A stretch of DNA of 64,000 nt from an uncultured delta proteobacterium (GTDB lineage: Bacteria > Desulfobacterota > Binatia > Binatales > Binataceae), in the NCBI GenBank assembly GCA_963794325.1, contig CAWCDG010000004.1, forward strand, positions 192,001 to 256,000, given 5' to 3'. A program made the position numbers and the translations under genes. The notes under the pieces are model-generated. The model had not been told where the DNA came from. It made no database searches and saw nothing but the letters and a program-made list of their open reading frames with translations. Positions 29,854-39,801 of this stretch are shown piece by piece; positions within the stretch are counted from its first letter, which is position 1; each line of letters opens with the position of its first letter.

Positions 29854-30854
29854 AGAAACGCGCAAGTTCGAATATCCACGCCGCAATCTTTGCCGCAGCA
29901 ATGGCGACAGTGCTGCTGGCGGGATGCGGCGGCGGAAAACAAGCTGACGAGGAAGACTCGAAGCCGGCCAATCCGACGCTGCTGGTGAGTGCGGCCCGCG
30001 CCGAAGTGCATCCGATGACGGCTGAGCTTCGCCTGCTCGGCAAAACTGTGGCGATGCGTCACGTAATAATCCGCGCGCCCACTGCGGGACGGGTGATCGG
30101 AATCAAGCTGGCCGTGGGCGATTCGGTGCGCAAGGGCCAGATCGTCGCGCACGTCATCAATCGCGAAATTGAAGCGGCGGAAGCCGGCCTCGCCGTCGCG
30201 CGCAAGATCGATCCGCAGGACGCGCCGGCCCTCAGTGAATCCGTCGGACGCTACAATCACACTGGGGGAATACCGGTGCCTGCGCCGGAAGCGGGAGTCG
30301 TCTCGGCGCCGCCGGTCACCAGCGGCCAGATGGTCGCCGACCTCGACACGATTGTCGATCTGATCGATCCGGCGAGCCTCTATATCGATACCTCGGTGCC
30401 GGTAGCCAAGCTCTCGCTGGTGAAGGTCGGGATGATGGCGACCGTGACGACGCCATTTCGTCCGGGCGTCCAGTTTCCCGCGCGCATCGCGGCGATCCTC
30501 CCGAGCTTCGACGCGACCAGCGCGACCTCGTCGGTGCGGACGGACTTTACGGGCGCGGATCGAATCGCACAGGCTGACGCGCCGGTCGAGGTGCGGGTCG
30601 AGACGGCCAGCGTGCCCGACGCGATCGTAGTTCCGGCCGCCGCGTTGTTTCAGGATCAGGGCGTCGATAAGTATCACGTGTTTGTAATCGGGAGCGACGG
30701 CCGCGCGCATCGCAGAGACATCAAGGTAGGACTGCGCGATCACGATTTCGTGCAGGCGACCGACGGCATCAAGGTGGGCGACCTCGTCGTCACTTCGGGC
30801 GGCTATGCGCTGTCCGACGGCCTCGGCGTGCGGGTCGCGCAGAAGACTCAATGA
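29850..30854 (+). CDS. RND periplasmic adaptor (MFP), lipoprotein
   Basis: LLAGC lipobox; GDSVRKGQ; VVPAAAL; IKVG; GIKVGDLVVTSG. Confidence 0.9.
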   Translation: MKKRASSNIHAAIFAAAMATVLLAGCGGGKQADEEDSKPANPTLLVSAARAEVHPMTAELRLLGKTVAMRHVIIRAPTAGRVIGIKLAVGDSVRKGQIVAHVINREIEAAEAGLAVARKIDPQDAPALSESVGRYNHTGGIPVPAPEAGVVSAPPVTSGQMVADLDTIVDLIDPASLYIDTSVPVAKLSLVKVGMMATVTTPFRPGVQFPARIAAILPSFDATSATSSVRTDFTGADRIAQADAPVEVRVETASVPDAIVVPAAALFQDQGVDKYHVFVIGSDGRAHRRDIKVGLRDHDFVQATDGIKVGDLVVTSGGYALSDGLGVRVAQKTQ

Positions 30855-33800
30855 CGCGCAGCAGCTCAACGCTGGCGGTGCTGTCGGTATTGGCGGCAAG
30901 CGTGCTCGGGGTGATCCTGGCGCGGACGATTCCGAGCGCGGTATTTCCCGAAATTGTTTTTCGGCGCGCGACGATTCTCGCCGACAGCGGCGACTTGCCT
31001 GTCGAACAAATGCTCGCGTCGGTCACGCGGCCGCTCGAGGAGAGCGCGTACAGCGTCCCCGGCGTCTCGCTGGTGCGGTCGACGACGACCCGCGGCAGCG
31101 CCGAGATAGACGTTACGTTCGGCGAAGACGCCGATCCGCAGGTCGGTTTCCAGATGCTCAGCGCCTCGGTCGCGCACACCCGTGCGCAGTTGCCGAGCGA
31201 TACCTCGGTCGACGCGGTGCTGCTGACGACCGGCACGTTTCCGATTGTCGATCTCAGCCTGAGTTCAAAGACGCGCAGCTTGCCCGAGATTACCGACGTG
31301 GTGAATTACGATCTGGTGCCGAGCCTGCATCGAATCGACGGGACTTACCAGGTCGGCGTGATCGGCGGCAAGTATCGCGAGTTCGTGGTGCGGATCGATC
31401 CGGCGCGGATGCTGCAACATGACCTGTCGCCGACCGACGTGGTGACGGGGCTGAAGAATAATAACGTCGTCGCGTCCGCGGGCCGGATGAACGAATCGCA
31501 TCGCATGCTGTTGACGGTGGTGACGACCGACCTCCATCAAGCCGATCAGATTGCGTCGGTACCGCTGACCTCGGCGGGCGGTCAACCGGTGCGGGTCAGC
31601 GATATTGGATCGGTCGAGCTTGGTATCCGGGAAGATTACGTGCGGGCCGCGTCCGAGAATGGCGCCGCGGTGCTGGTGGGAATATCGCGACGGCCCAGCG
31701 GCAGCACGGAGAAAATCGCGGCCCAGGCGCAGCAAATTCTCGCGGACTTTCGGCAGCGCTATCCCGACATCAAGTTCTCGGTCTCTTACGATCAGTCCGA
31801 CCTGGTCGCCGATTCGGTCAAGAGCGTGCGCGACGCGATAGTGCTCGGCCTGGTGCTGTCGGTGCTGGTGGTGCTCGGGTTCACGATGAGCCCGCTCAGC
31901 GCGCTGGTCGCGGCGGTGGTGGTGCCGTGCACCGTCGCGATCACGTTCATCGTGATGAAGGCGGTCGGGCTGACATTCAACATGATGACTTTGGGCGGAC
32001 TGGCTGCGGGAATCGGACTTTTCATCGACGACGCGATCGTGATGATCGAGGCGATACATCGCGAGCTCGCGGCGAACAGCTCCGCTGCTGATGCGGTGGC
32101 CGGAGCGCTCAAGAGGCTTCAGCGTCCGTTGATTGCCTCGACCATGACGGTGATCGTGGTCTTCGGCCCGCTGGTTTTCACCTCGGGCGTGACTGGAATC
32201 TTCTTCAGGTCGCTGGCCGCGACGCTCGGCGGAGGACTGGCGATTTCACTGATCCTCGCAATTTACTTCACGCCCGCAGTTGAACTCGCGATCGCGCGAT
32301 TTCGCGGGCGCGCGCGCGAAGCGGGTCGAATCTATCACGGCGTTCAGAGCGCATTTCTGACCGAGGTCCGGCCCTTCATCCGTATTCCGGCGCTGGCGAT
32401 TCCGGTCGCGATCGTTTCCATCGTGGTTGCGTACCTGGTGTACAACAATATCGGTACCGACTATCTGCCGCCGCTCGACGAAGGCGCGTTCATCCTCGAC
32501 TACATCACGCCGCCGCAGAGCACGATGGCCGATACGACCGCGCTGCTCGACTCGATTCAGTCGATTCTGAAATCGACGCCCGAAGTCGCTTCGTTCAGCC
32601 GCCGGACCGGCACCCAGCTCGGATTTTTTCTGACCGAATCGAACACCGGAGACATGTCCGTGCGGCTCAAGCCTGACCGTAAACGTGATATCGACGACGT
32701 CACCAATGGTATCCGCGAGCGCATCCTGAATACGGTGCCGGGAGTGCAGGTCGAGTTCTCGCAAGTGTTGCAGGATTTGATCGGCGACCTTTCGGGCGTT
32801 CCGGAACCGATCGAAGTGAAGGTTTTCGGCACCGATCAGAAAGTTATCGAAGCTACCGCGCGGCAGGTGGCCGACAAGATACGCTCAATCCACGGCCTGG
32901 TCGACGTCAAAAACGGAATTATCGAAAGCATCCCGGAGGAGGCGGTGGTGGTCGATAACACTTCGGCGGCGCATTACGGATTGAGCGCCGACGACGTTCG
33001 CGCAGCGCTCGATTCGGTGATTCAGGGGACCGTCGCCACCAGCGTGTTGTCGGGCGATCGGCTGGTCGACGTTCGCGTGCGCTACCCGGATGCATTCCAC
33101 GAAGATCTGGGGACGCTGTCGGAGGTGATCCTCAAGTCGAGCTCGAATGCGCGCGTCCCGCTGGCCTCGGTCACGAAGCTCAACTTTCTCGGCGCGACCA
33201 ACGAAATCGATCGCGAGCGTCAGCGTCCCGTCGTCCATGTCACCGCGCGGCTCGAAGGTATCGACCTCGGCACCGGGATAAACGCGGTGAAAGAGAGTCT
33301 GGCGAAGATGGCTCTGCCAGCGGGAGTATCACTCGAATATGGCGGCCTCTACGCTCAGCAACAACAGGCGTTCCACGAGCTCGCACTGGTGCTGGTGGCC
33401 GGGACGGTGATGATGTTCCTGATATTGGTTTGGGAGTTCGCGCGACTCGCCCCGGCGCTTGCGTGCCTGATTGCCGCGATGTCGTGTCTGGCGGGCAGTT
33501 TCATCGCGCTCGACGTGACCGGCATGACGCTCAACATCTCATCGTTCATGGGAATCATCATGGTCGCGGGAATCACCGCAAAGAACGGCATCCTGCTGCT
33601 CGACCATGCCGAGCGAGAAGTCGGTTCGGGCACCAAACCTGGCGCGGCGTTACTGGACGCCGCAACGGTGCGGCTGCGGCCGATCATGATGACGACGCTG
33701 GCAACCGCGGCGGGCTTGTTCCCGCTCGCACTCGGCTACGGCGCCGGCGCCAAGGTTCAGCAGCCGTTGGCGATCGCGGTGATCGGCGGACTCGCGTTCG

Positions 33801-33898
33801 CGATGTTTCTGTCAACTCCGCTGGCCGGCGGAATCTACCTGATGGGCACGCGCGGAAAAGGCCGCGGTGAAACCAGCCCGTCGCAGCCGGCCGTTTAG
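30851..33898 (+). CDS. RND efflux permease (AcrB/CusA/CzcA family)
   Basis: 1015 aa; NMMTLGGL..IDDAIVMIE; LPPLDEG; KNGILL; RLRPIMMT; PLAIAVIGG. Confidence 0.95.
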   Translation: MTRSSSTLAVLSVLAASVLGVILARTIPSAVFPEIVFRRATILADSGDLPVEQMLASVTRPLEESAYSVPGVSLVRSTTTRGSAEIDVTFGEDADPQVGFQMLSASVAHTRAQLPSDTSVDAVLLTTGTFPIVDLSLSSKTRSLPEITDVVNYDLVPSLHRIDGTYQVGVIGGKYREFVVRIDPARMLQHDLSPTDVVTGLKNNNVVASAGRMNESHRMLLTVVTTDLHQADQIASVPLTSAGGQPVRVSDIGSVELGIREDYVRAASENGAAVLVGISRRPSGSTEKIAAQAQQILADFRQRYPDIKFSVSYDQSDLVADSVKSVRDAIVLGLVLSVLVVLGFTMSPLSALVAAVVVPCTVAITFIVMKAVGLTFNMMTLGGLAAGIGLFIDDAIVMIEAIHRELAANSSAADAVAGALKRLQRPLIASTMTVIVVFGPLVFTSGVTGIFFRSLAATLGGGLAISLILAIYFTPAVELAIARFRGRAREAGRIYHGVQSAFLTEVRPFIRIPALAIPVAIVSIVVAYLVYNNIGTDYLPPLDEGAFILDYITPPQSTMADTTALLDSIQSILKSTPEVASFSRRTGTQLGFFLTESNTGDMSVRLKPDRKRDIDDVTNGIRERILNTVPGVQVEFSQVLQDLIGDLSGVPEPIEVKVFGTDQKVIEATARQVADKIRSIHGLVDVKNGIIESIPEEAVVVDNTSAAHYGLSADDVRAALDSVIQGTVATSVLSGDRLVDVRVRYPDAFHEDLGTLSEVILKSSSNARVPLASVTKLNFLGATNEIDRERQRPVVHVTARLEGIDLGTGINAVKESLAKMALPAGVSLEYGGLYAQQQQAFHELALVLVAGTVMMFLILVWEFARLAPALACLIAAMSCLAGSFIALDVTGMTLNISSFMGIIMVAGITAKNGILLLDHAEREVGSGTKPGAALLDAATVRLRPIMMTTLATAAGLFPLALGYGAGAKVQQPLAIAVIGGLAFAMFLSTPLAGGIYLMGTRGKGRGETSPSQPAV

Positions 33899-34563
33899 GC
33901 AATGCCCGGCCACAGACGATATCGGACTCGATCCATATATTGGCGGTACTCAGGATCGGCGGCTAGATGTTTTTCCTCCTGGCTGATTCTCCAGACCATG
34001 AAGGGAAGCGTCATCGCGATCAAAACGACATTGCGTTTGCTCGCAAATGACATCGCGTAGCCAATCGAAAGTATCAGCCATCCGAAATATATCGGATGGC
34101 GAACCCATCGAAACGGCCCCTTCGATACGATTCCACGATTGGCGGGCAATATGCCGAAGCTCCGGCCCATGTATATGCGGGAGACCTGGGTCAGGCCTAT
34201 GCCAAACAATTCAAAAATGAGACCGGCGGTCGCGAGCGCACCAGTGGATGCATGGGTCGGACGCATGAACCACGGAAGAAGCAACATGCCGCCGGACGCG
34301 GCGATCGTCCGCAGATTCACGGTCGTGCTGCGCGGCGCAAATCGTGCGAACGACATGACGGCCATGACCGCCGCGCCGACGAGCCAGACGATGTTTGCAG
34401 CGCCCGCCAGAGAAAATGTGAGATCTCGCCCGGCCGGCAACATCGCAATCAAGAAGGATGCCGCGAGCACGCAGTCGCCCAGCGCGCGTCTCAATCCAGA
34501 GATAGTTACCTGCGATCGAGGAACTTCGGCGGACGCTGGAATGCGAGCGGCGACTGCTTCCAT
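33895..34563 (-). CDS. Isoprenylcysteine carboxyl / phospholipid methyltransferase-like membrane protein
   Basis: GPFRWVRHPIY, RISQEE..L, Y..Y..RVRYRL.PG. Confidence 0.85.
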   Translation of the reverse strand: MEAVAARIPASAEVPRSQVTISGLRRALGDCVLAASFLIAMLPAGRDLTFSLAGAANIVWLVGAAVMAVMSFARFAPRSTTVNLRTIAASGGMLLLPWFMRPTHASTGALATAGLIFELFGIGLTQVSRIYMGRSFGILPANRGIVSKGPFRWVRHPIYFGWLILSIGYAMSFASKRNVVLIAMTLPFMVWRISQEEKHLAADPEYRQYMDRVRYRLWPGIA

Positions 34564-34818
34564 GAATACATAGTGCACGCGTCATAGTATATTAAGCAAG
34601 CAATCGAGAAATATAAGTGAGTATTGGATTGAGTATTCACTTCTATAGTAACTTGTAGCCATCATGCTACTGCGACTGTCGTCGTCGACTGGCTACTTCA
34701 TGCGCAGCGTCGCGCGCGCTCTTGAGCGATTCGGCGGGCGGCTGATGCATCCCGGCGCCATTGCTGACCGCGATACCTTTGCTAAGATGAGCGGCTGAGT
34801 CTGCAAGCCTGGTCGAGT

Positions 34819-34904
34819 GCCGAGGTGGCGGAATGGCAGACGCAGAGGACTCAAAATCCTCCGTGGGCAACCACGTGCGGGTTCAAGTCCCGCCCTCGGC
34901 ACCA
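34819..34904 (+). tRNA. tRNA-Leu (anticodon CAA)
   Basis: Acceptor GCCGAGG/CCTCGGC-A-CCA; anticodon arm GAGGA-CTCAAAA-TCCTC; long variable arm; GGTTCAAGTCC T-arm. Confidence 0.97.
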
Positions 34905-34971
34905 AATATTCGCCTCGCTGCCGAGCGCGTCGCACGGTACGTGAGCCAAAGCTCGAACGATTCGACAACTG

Positions 34972-36519
34972 ATGCATCCTGGAATTCACGCCAAAAGCAA
35001 TCCTGACAAGGCCGCCTACATCATGACGGCGACCGGCAAGGTTGTCACCTACCGCGAGCTCGACGATGAGTCGAATCGCGCCGCGAATCTATTGCGCTCG
35101 ATCGGACTCAAGCCGGGCGACACAATCGCATTGTTCGCCGAGAATCATCACCGCTATCATCAGGTTCTGTGGGCGGCGCAGCGTTCCGGACTCTATTACA
35201 CCGCGATCAGTTCACGCCTGACGGCGGAGGAAGTCGCCTACATCGTAAATGACTCCGGCGCGAAAGTTTTCATCACAACGCACGCGATGGCCGCCGTCGC
35301 GGTCCAGATGGACGCCAATATGATTCCGGGCCCCATCAAGCGCTACATGATGGACGGCGCAGTCGCGACTTATGAATCCTGGGAGGATGCAGTTGGCTCG
35401 CAACCAACGACTCCGATTGCCGACGAGACCGAAGGCGCCGCGATGCTCTACTCGTCGGGCACTACCGGCAAGCCCAAAGGCGTGAAGCATCGGCTGAGCG
35501 GACAGCCGCTGGGCGCACCAAATCCTATCGGCATGCTGCTGGCCGGGCTATACCAAGCGTCTCCCGAGATGATCTACCTGTCGCCAGCGCCGCTTTATCA
35601 TTCGGCGCCGCTGCAGTTCACGATGGCGATTCATCGGATTGGCGGCACCGTGATCGTCATGGAGCACTTCGACGCGGAACAATCGCTCGCGCTTATCGAG
35701 AAGTACCGGGTCACGCACACACAGATGGTGCCGACGATGTTCATCCGGATGCTGAAGCTGCCGGAGCCGATGCGCCGTAAGTACAATCATTCGAGCTTGA
35801 AGGTGGTAATCCACGCGTCCGCGCCGTGTCCAATCCCGATCAAGGAACAGATGATTGAATGGTGGGGGCCGAAAATTTACGAATATTATGCGGGGACCGA
35901 GGGCAACGGGTTTTGCGCGATCGACAGCAGTGAATGGCTGCTGCACAAGGGCTCGGTCGGCAAGCCCCTGGTCGGCAAGGTACACATCGTTGACGATGAA
36001 GGAGCTGAGCTTGCGACTGGGGAAGCGGGGACGATCTTTTTCGAAGGCGGCGCGACGTTCGAGTACCACAACGATCCCGAAAAAACGAAAAGCTCGCGCA
36101 ACGACAAGGGATGGTCGACGCTCGGCGATATCGGCTATCTCGATCGCGACGGCTGTCTCTACCTGACCGATCGCAAGGCAAACATGATCATCAGCGGCGG
36201 CGTGAACATCTACCCGCAAGAGGCGGAGAACCTGCTCGCGACTCATCCGAAGGTCGAGGACGTCGCCGTGTTCGGCGTGCCGAACGAGGATTTCGGCGAG
36301 GAAGTCAAAGCTGTCGTGCAACCGGTGGATATCAAGCAGGCCGGGCCGGCTCTCGAAGCGGAGCTGATCGATTTCTGCCGCGCGCACATGTCTGCAATCA
36401 AGTGTCCGCGGACAATTGATTTCGATGCCGAGCTGCCGCGCCATCCGACCGGCAAGCTCTATAAGCGGCTAATCAAGGATCGCTACTGGATCGGACACTC
36501 GAAGCGAATCGCCGAGTAA
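34972..36519 (+). CDS. Acyl-CoA synthetase (AMP-binding)
   Basis: YSSGTTGKPKG, YAGTE, GDIGYLD, DRKANMIISGGVNIYP, TGKL. Confidence 0.95.
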   Translation: MHPGIHAKSNPDKAAYIMTATGKVVTYRELDDESNRAANLLRSIGLKPGDTIALFAENHHRYHQVLWAAQRSGLYYTAISSRLTAEEVAYIVNDSGAKVFITTHAMAAVAVQMDANMIPGPIKRYMMDGAVATYESWEDAVGSQPTTPIADETEGAAMLYSSGTTGKPKGVKHRLSGQPLGAPNPIGMLLAGLYQASPEMIYLSPAPLYHSAPLQFTMAIHRIGGTVIVMEHFDAEQSLALIEKYRVTHTQMVPTMFIRMLKLPEPMRRKYNHSSLKVVIHASAPCPIPIKEQMIEWWGPKIYEYYAGTEGNGFCAIDSSEWLLHKGSVGKPLVGKVHIVDDEGAELATGEAGTIFFEGGATFEYHNDPEKTKSSRNDKGWSTLGDIGYLDRDGCLYLTDRKANMIISGGVNIYPQEAENLLATHPKVEDVAVFGVPNEDFGEEVKAVVQPVDIKQAGPALEAELIDFCRAHMSAIKCPRTIDFDAELPRHPTGKLYKRLIKDRYWIGHSKRIAE

Positions 36520-36657
36520 GCGTCCTGTCACAGCGCGCGTCGGAGCCAGAATCGAGCGGCTTGCGAGCGGAACCGCAACCGAAGATCAGCCACGCGCAAT
36601 TCCTGGTCCAGTTGCGGCGGGCGATTCAGCTTCGCTTCACCCCGCTGACGTCTCCTG

Positions 36658-37272
36658 TCAGGACGTGGTGGCAAGCTGAAAGCTGTTGACCAATTCTTGC
36701 AGGCGCTGCTTTGCGTTCGCGAATACCGATACGCCGTCGCCTACCAGGATTGTGTCGAACTCGAGTGCAAGCAATTGCTGGACGCTGCGCCGCAGACGCG
36801 CCGGATCGTCCATCACGCGTTCCCGTAGCAGGCTCAACTGCCCTGGCGGATTCCCGACGACGGCGTCACCGACGATCAAGATTTTCCGCGCGGGCCAAAG
36901 GAATGCCACCTCGCCGGGACTCTTACCACTGACACCTATCACTTCGAGCGGGCCGATCTTTTCACCCTCGTGAAGCTCGCCGTCGATGACGGCCCCCTGC
37001 GCCTTCGCGTATGCGGCGTCCTCGGGATGTATGTAGCAACGGGCGCCGGTGCGCTCGCGAATCTTATTTGCGGCCCGCACATGATTTCGGTTGGTGAGGA
37101 GAATTCGGCTCACTCCCCTCCGGACGAGTTCGCTCAGGACTGCTTCATTCGGCTCGACTGGATCGATGCAGATATTGTTGTCCGGGCCGGGAATCAGCAG
37201 GCCGTTGAAGTTGTAGCCATGCGGCTCGGAAAACCACGACCAAGTGAGAACGTCGCCGAGAATCGTTTCCAT
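36658..37272 (-). CDS. Metallo-beta-lactamase-fold protein with degenerate motif
   Basis: IDP, ILLTNRNHVR, GKSPGE, LIVGDA, ILVGDG. Confidence 0.78.
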   Translation of the reverse strand: METILGDVLTWSWFSEPHGYNFNGLLIPGPDNNICIDPVEPNEAVLSELVRRGVSRILLTNRNHVRAANKIRERTGARCYIHPEDAAYAKAQGAVIDGELHEGEKIGPLEVIGVSGKSPGEVAFLWPARKILIVGDAVVGNPPGQLSLLRERVMDDPARLRRSVQQLLALEFDTILVGDGVSVFANAKQRLQELVNSFQLATTS

Positions 37273-37435
37273 CGCAAGACTCCTCGCCACTGAAATCGCG
37301 CTCCAGATCTTAATCCAGAGCGAGCGTCCGATTCCAACGCCGCCTCGATAGTTGGCAGCGCGGCCCTCACCCGACTATTGATAAAGAGGCCTGCCTGCGT
37401 CGTGCAGGTAAACTTCAGATCACTTGGGAGATATC

Positions 37436-38293
37436 ATGGGTAAACTCGAAAAGAAGGTTGCAGTCATAACTGGGGCATCGAGCGGGATCGGCCGCGCGAC
37501 CGCAATTCGATTCGCGGGCGAAGGGGCGGCGGTCGTGATCGCCGATCTCAATCGTGAAGGCGGCGAAGCAGCGGTGCGGGACTGCAAGGAGAACGGCGGC
37601 AGCGCGGTCTTCCAGCTCACCGACGTGTCGAGCGAGGAGAATATCAAGGGCGCAGTCGATCGCGCGGTGAAGGAATTCGGACACCTCGACATCATCTATA
37701 ACAACGCTGGTCTTGGTGGTGCGGTCGGACCGCTCGAGAAGACCAGCGCGGAGAACTGGGACCGCAGTTTCTCGATCCTGCTGCGCGCGGTATTTCTCGG
37801 CATCAAGTACGCGGTGCCCGAGATGCGAAAGGCCGGCGGCGGTTCGATTATCTCGACCGCGTCGATCGCCGGACTGCGCGGCGCGCCCGGATTGCACGCA
37901 TACTGCGCGGCCAAGGCTGGCGTGATCAGCCTGAGCCGATCTGCCTCGATCGAATTGGCCAAGGACAAGATTCGCGTCAATTGCATCTGCCCCGGACTGA
38001 TCGCGACGCCGCTGACGTACAATCGCATCCCGGGCGGCGAACAGACCGCGACGCAACTCTTTGCGGCCTTCCAACCCTGGCCGCGCACTGGACGTCCAGA
38101 AGATATTGCGGCGATGGCGCTGTTCCTGGCCAGCGACGACTCTGAGTTTGTCAGCGGCCAGGCGATGGTGGTCGATGGAGCGGCAACATCCGGAATGGGC
38201 GCGGGCAACCTGGCCCGAGGCTCTCAACCAGCGCCGTCGATCCTCGATGACGAGTTTTCGGGGCCGTCGTTCCAGATGAAGCGTCCAGCCTGA
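37436..38293 (+). CDS. Classical short-chain dehydrogenase/reductase
   Basis: TGASSGIG, NNAG, YCAAK, IRVNCICPG. Confidence 0.95.
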   Translation: MGKLEKKVAVITGASSGIGRATAIRFAGEGAAVVIADLNREGGEAAVRDCKENGGSAVFQLTDVSSEENIKGAVDRAVKEFGHLDIIYNNAGLGGAVGPLEKTSAENWDRSFSILLRAVFLGIKYAVPEMRKAGGGSIISTASIAGLRGAPGLHAYCAAKAGVISLSRSASIELAKDKIRVNCICPGLIATPLTYNRIPGGEQTATQLFAAFQPWPRTGRPEDIAAMALFLASDDSEFVSGQAMVVDGAATSGMGAGNLARGSQPAPSILDDEFSGPSFQMKRPA

Positions 38294-38304
38294 AGGATGA
38301 AATC

Positions 38305-38757
38305 ATGAAAACGACTGATGAACTGGTAATCGAGCTCGCCGATCGCGAAGCGATTCGTGAACTGCCCGTGCGTTACTGCGATTGCGTCTGGCAAAACGAT
38401 CTCAAGACGATGGTCGAGCTTTTCGTCGAGGACGGGATATTTGTGATCAAAGGGCGCGAGCGAGAGGCGACGACCAAAGGCCGCGCCGAGCTTCGCAAGA
38501 TGTACGAGCAGGCGCTCGGCGAGATGTCGCCGCGTCCTTACATCCACAATCATGTTGTAAATCTGCAGAGCAAAACCAAGGCGACAGGCAGATGCTACGT
38601 GGAACTGCGCAGCGCGGCGCGGGATATGGAGTGGATTGGAACCGGCTTCTACGACGATGAGTATATAAAGGTCGGCGACCAGTGGAAGTTCGCCTCGCGA
38701 CGCTTCACGAGTATCAGGCTTCCGACCGCGCCTGCTGAGAGCGGACGCAAGTCGTAG
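38305..38757 (+). CDS. SnoaL/NTF2-like protein
   Basis: LADREAIREL..RYC..D; HNH; GFYDDEY..WKFASR. Confidence 0.85.
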   Translation: MKTTDELVIELADREAIRELPVRYCDCVWQNDLKTMVELFVEDGIFVIKGREREATTKGRAELRKMYEQALGEMSPRPYIHNHVVNLQSKTKATGRCYVELRSAARDMEWIGTGFYDDEYIKVGDQWKFASRRFTSIRLPTAPAESGRKS

Positions 38758-38799
38758 GTCAGCGATAGAGCATCGCAGGATCGCGCTCGTCACGTCGCG

Positions 38800-39801
38800 C
38801 TATCTGCGGATTCCCGGCAGATCTTCGCGGATGCGCGCAGAAAAATCGGGAGAGTCATCGGCGGCTTTTGCTTTTTCGGTGATGTTGCTGCGCGCGCGGA
38901 GTTCTGAGAGCGGCATGCTCGTATCGATCTGGCCGCGTTCGTACAGGAGTTCATCGAGGTGGCCGTTGGCGAGCATCCTCCAGTCGAGAGTGCCGCCGAC
39001 GCCAATGTTTTGCACATGGCCTCGGATGGTCGTCGTGCAGTTCTGGGTCAACGCGTTGTACCATTCAGGATGGTCCGCAAGGCGATTCACTTGCTCGAGG
39101 TAGTCAACCAGCAGCGCGCGGGCTTCCGGGGCGGGAACGCGGAGTCGATACAGATAGACCTGCTCGCCGCGGTGGTTGGTGCGCAGTCCGACCAGGTCGC
39201 GCTCGTCGGCTACCACATAGTAGAGCTCGTACTGGTGAAAGAAGCCGCGAAGGGCTGAGTACGATTCGCCTTTCTGCTTGCGCGTTTCGATCGAGATGGC
39301 GAGATGCTGGCCGTCATCGAATTCCCAGCTCACGATGGTGTGCGCGATTTCAGTCGGTCCCCAAAATGACAGGAACAGATCAACGCCCTTGATCCGATCG
39401 AGATCGTAGGTCCGCGTTTCCCAGCGCTGATCGTAATCGGTCTCGGATCGGTAGTTGAAATTTCGGAGGTTGTCGATCGTCACGCGGCTGCCGTTGAAGG
39501 TCGCGCGCGCCGTGCGGGCAACGTCGAACGTCCAGTCGCGGGTGTTGCTCGGCGGCATCGACGTCCACCACAGCGCCACGACGATCACCGGAAACAGCGC
39601 GACCACAAGGCCTCTCAGCAGCGGGCGAACGATCGCCGCAAGAACTAGGCTGACGATCGCCAGTCCGGCGGCCATCGGCGCGGCAAGAATGCGCGAATGC
39701 GGACCGTCGATCCAAATCGCCATCACGGCCCATGCGACGGCGGCGGCGACGATCACCGACAGCATCAGCGTCGCGACGAAGCGGACTGCGCGCCCGAGCA
39801 T
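38800..39801 (-). CDS. DUF4105 (Lnb N-terminal-like) membrane-anchored protein
   Basis: 3 TMs; PSNTRDW; IAHTIVS; ISIETR; QYEL.Y.VADERD; YNALTQNCTT. Confidence 0.85.
   Translation of the reverse strand: MLGRAVRFVATLMLSVIVAAAVAWAVMAIWIDGPHSRILAAPMAAGLAIVSLVLAAIVRPLLRGLVVALFPVIVVALWWTSMPPSNTRDWTFDVARTARATFNGSRVTIDNLRNFNYRSETDYDQRWETRTYDLDRIKGVDLFLSFWGPTEIAHTIVSWEFDDGQHLAISIETRKQKGESYSALRGFFHQYELYYVVADERDLVGLRTNHRGEQVYLYRLRVPAPEARALLVDYLEQVNRLADHPEWYNALTQNCTTTIRGHVQNIGVGGTLDWRMLANGHLDELLYERGQIDTSMPLSELRARSNITEKAKAADDSPDFSARIREDLPGIRR

Noticed and set aside
34819-34904. tRNA-Leu as an island integration site
   Set aside because: No integrase and no duplicate of the tRNA 3' end seen in the window; downstream genes are ordinary metabolism
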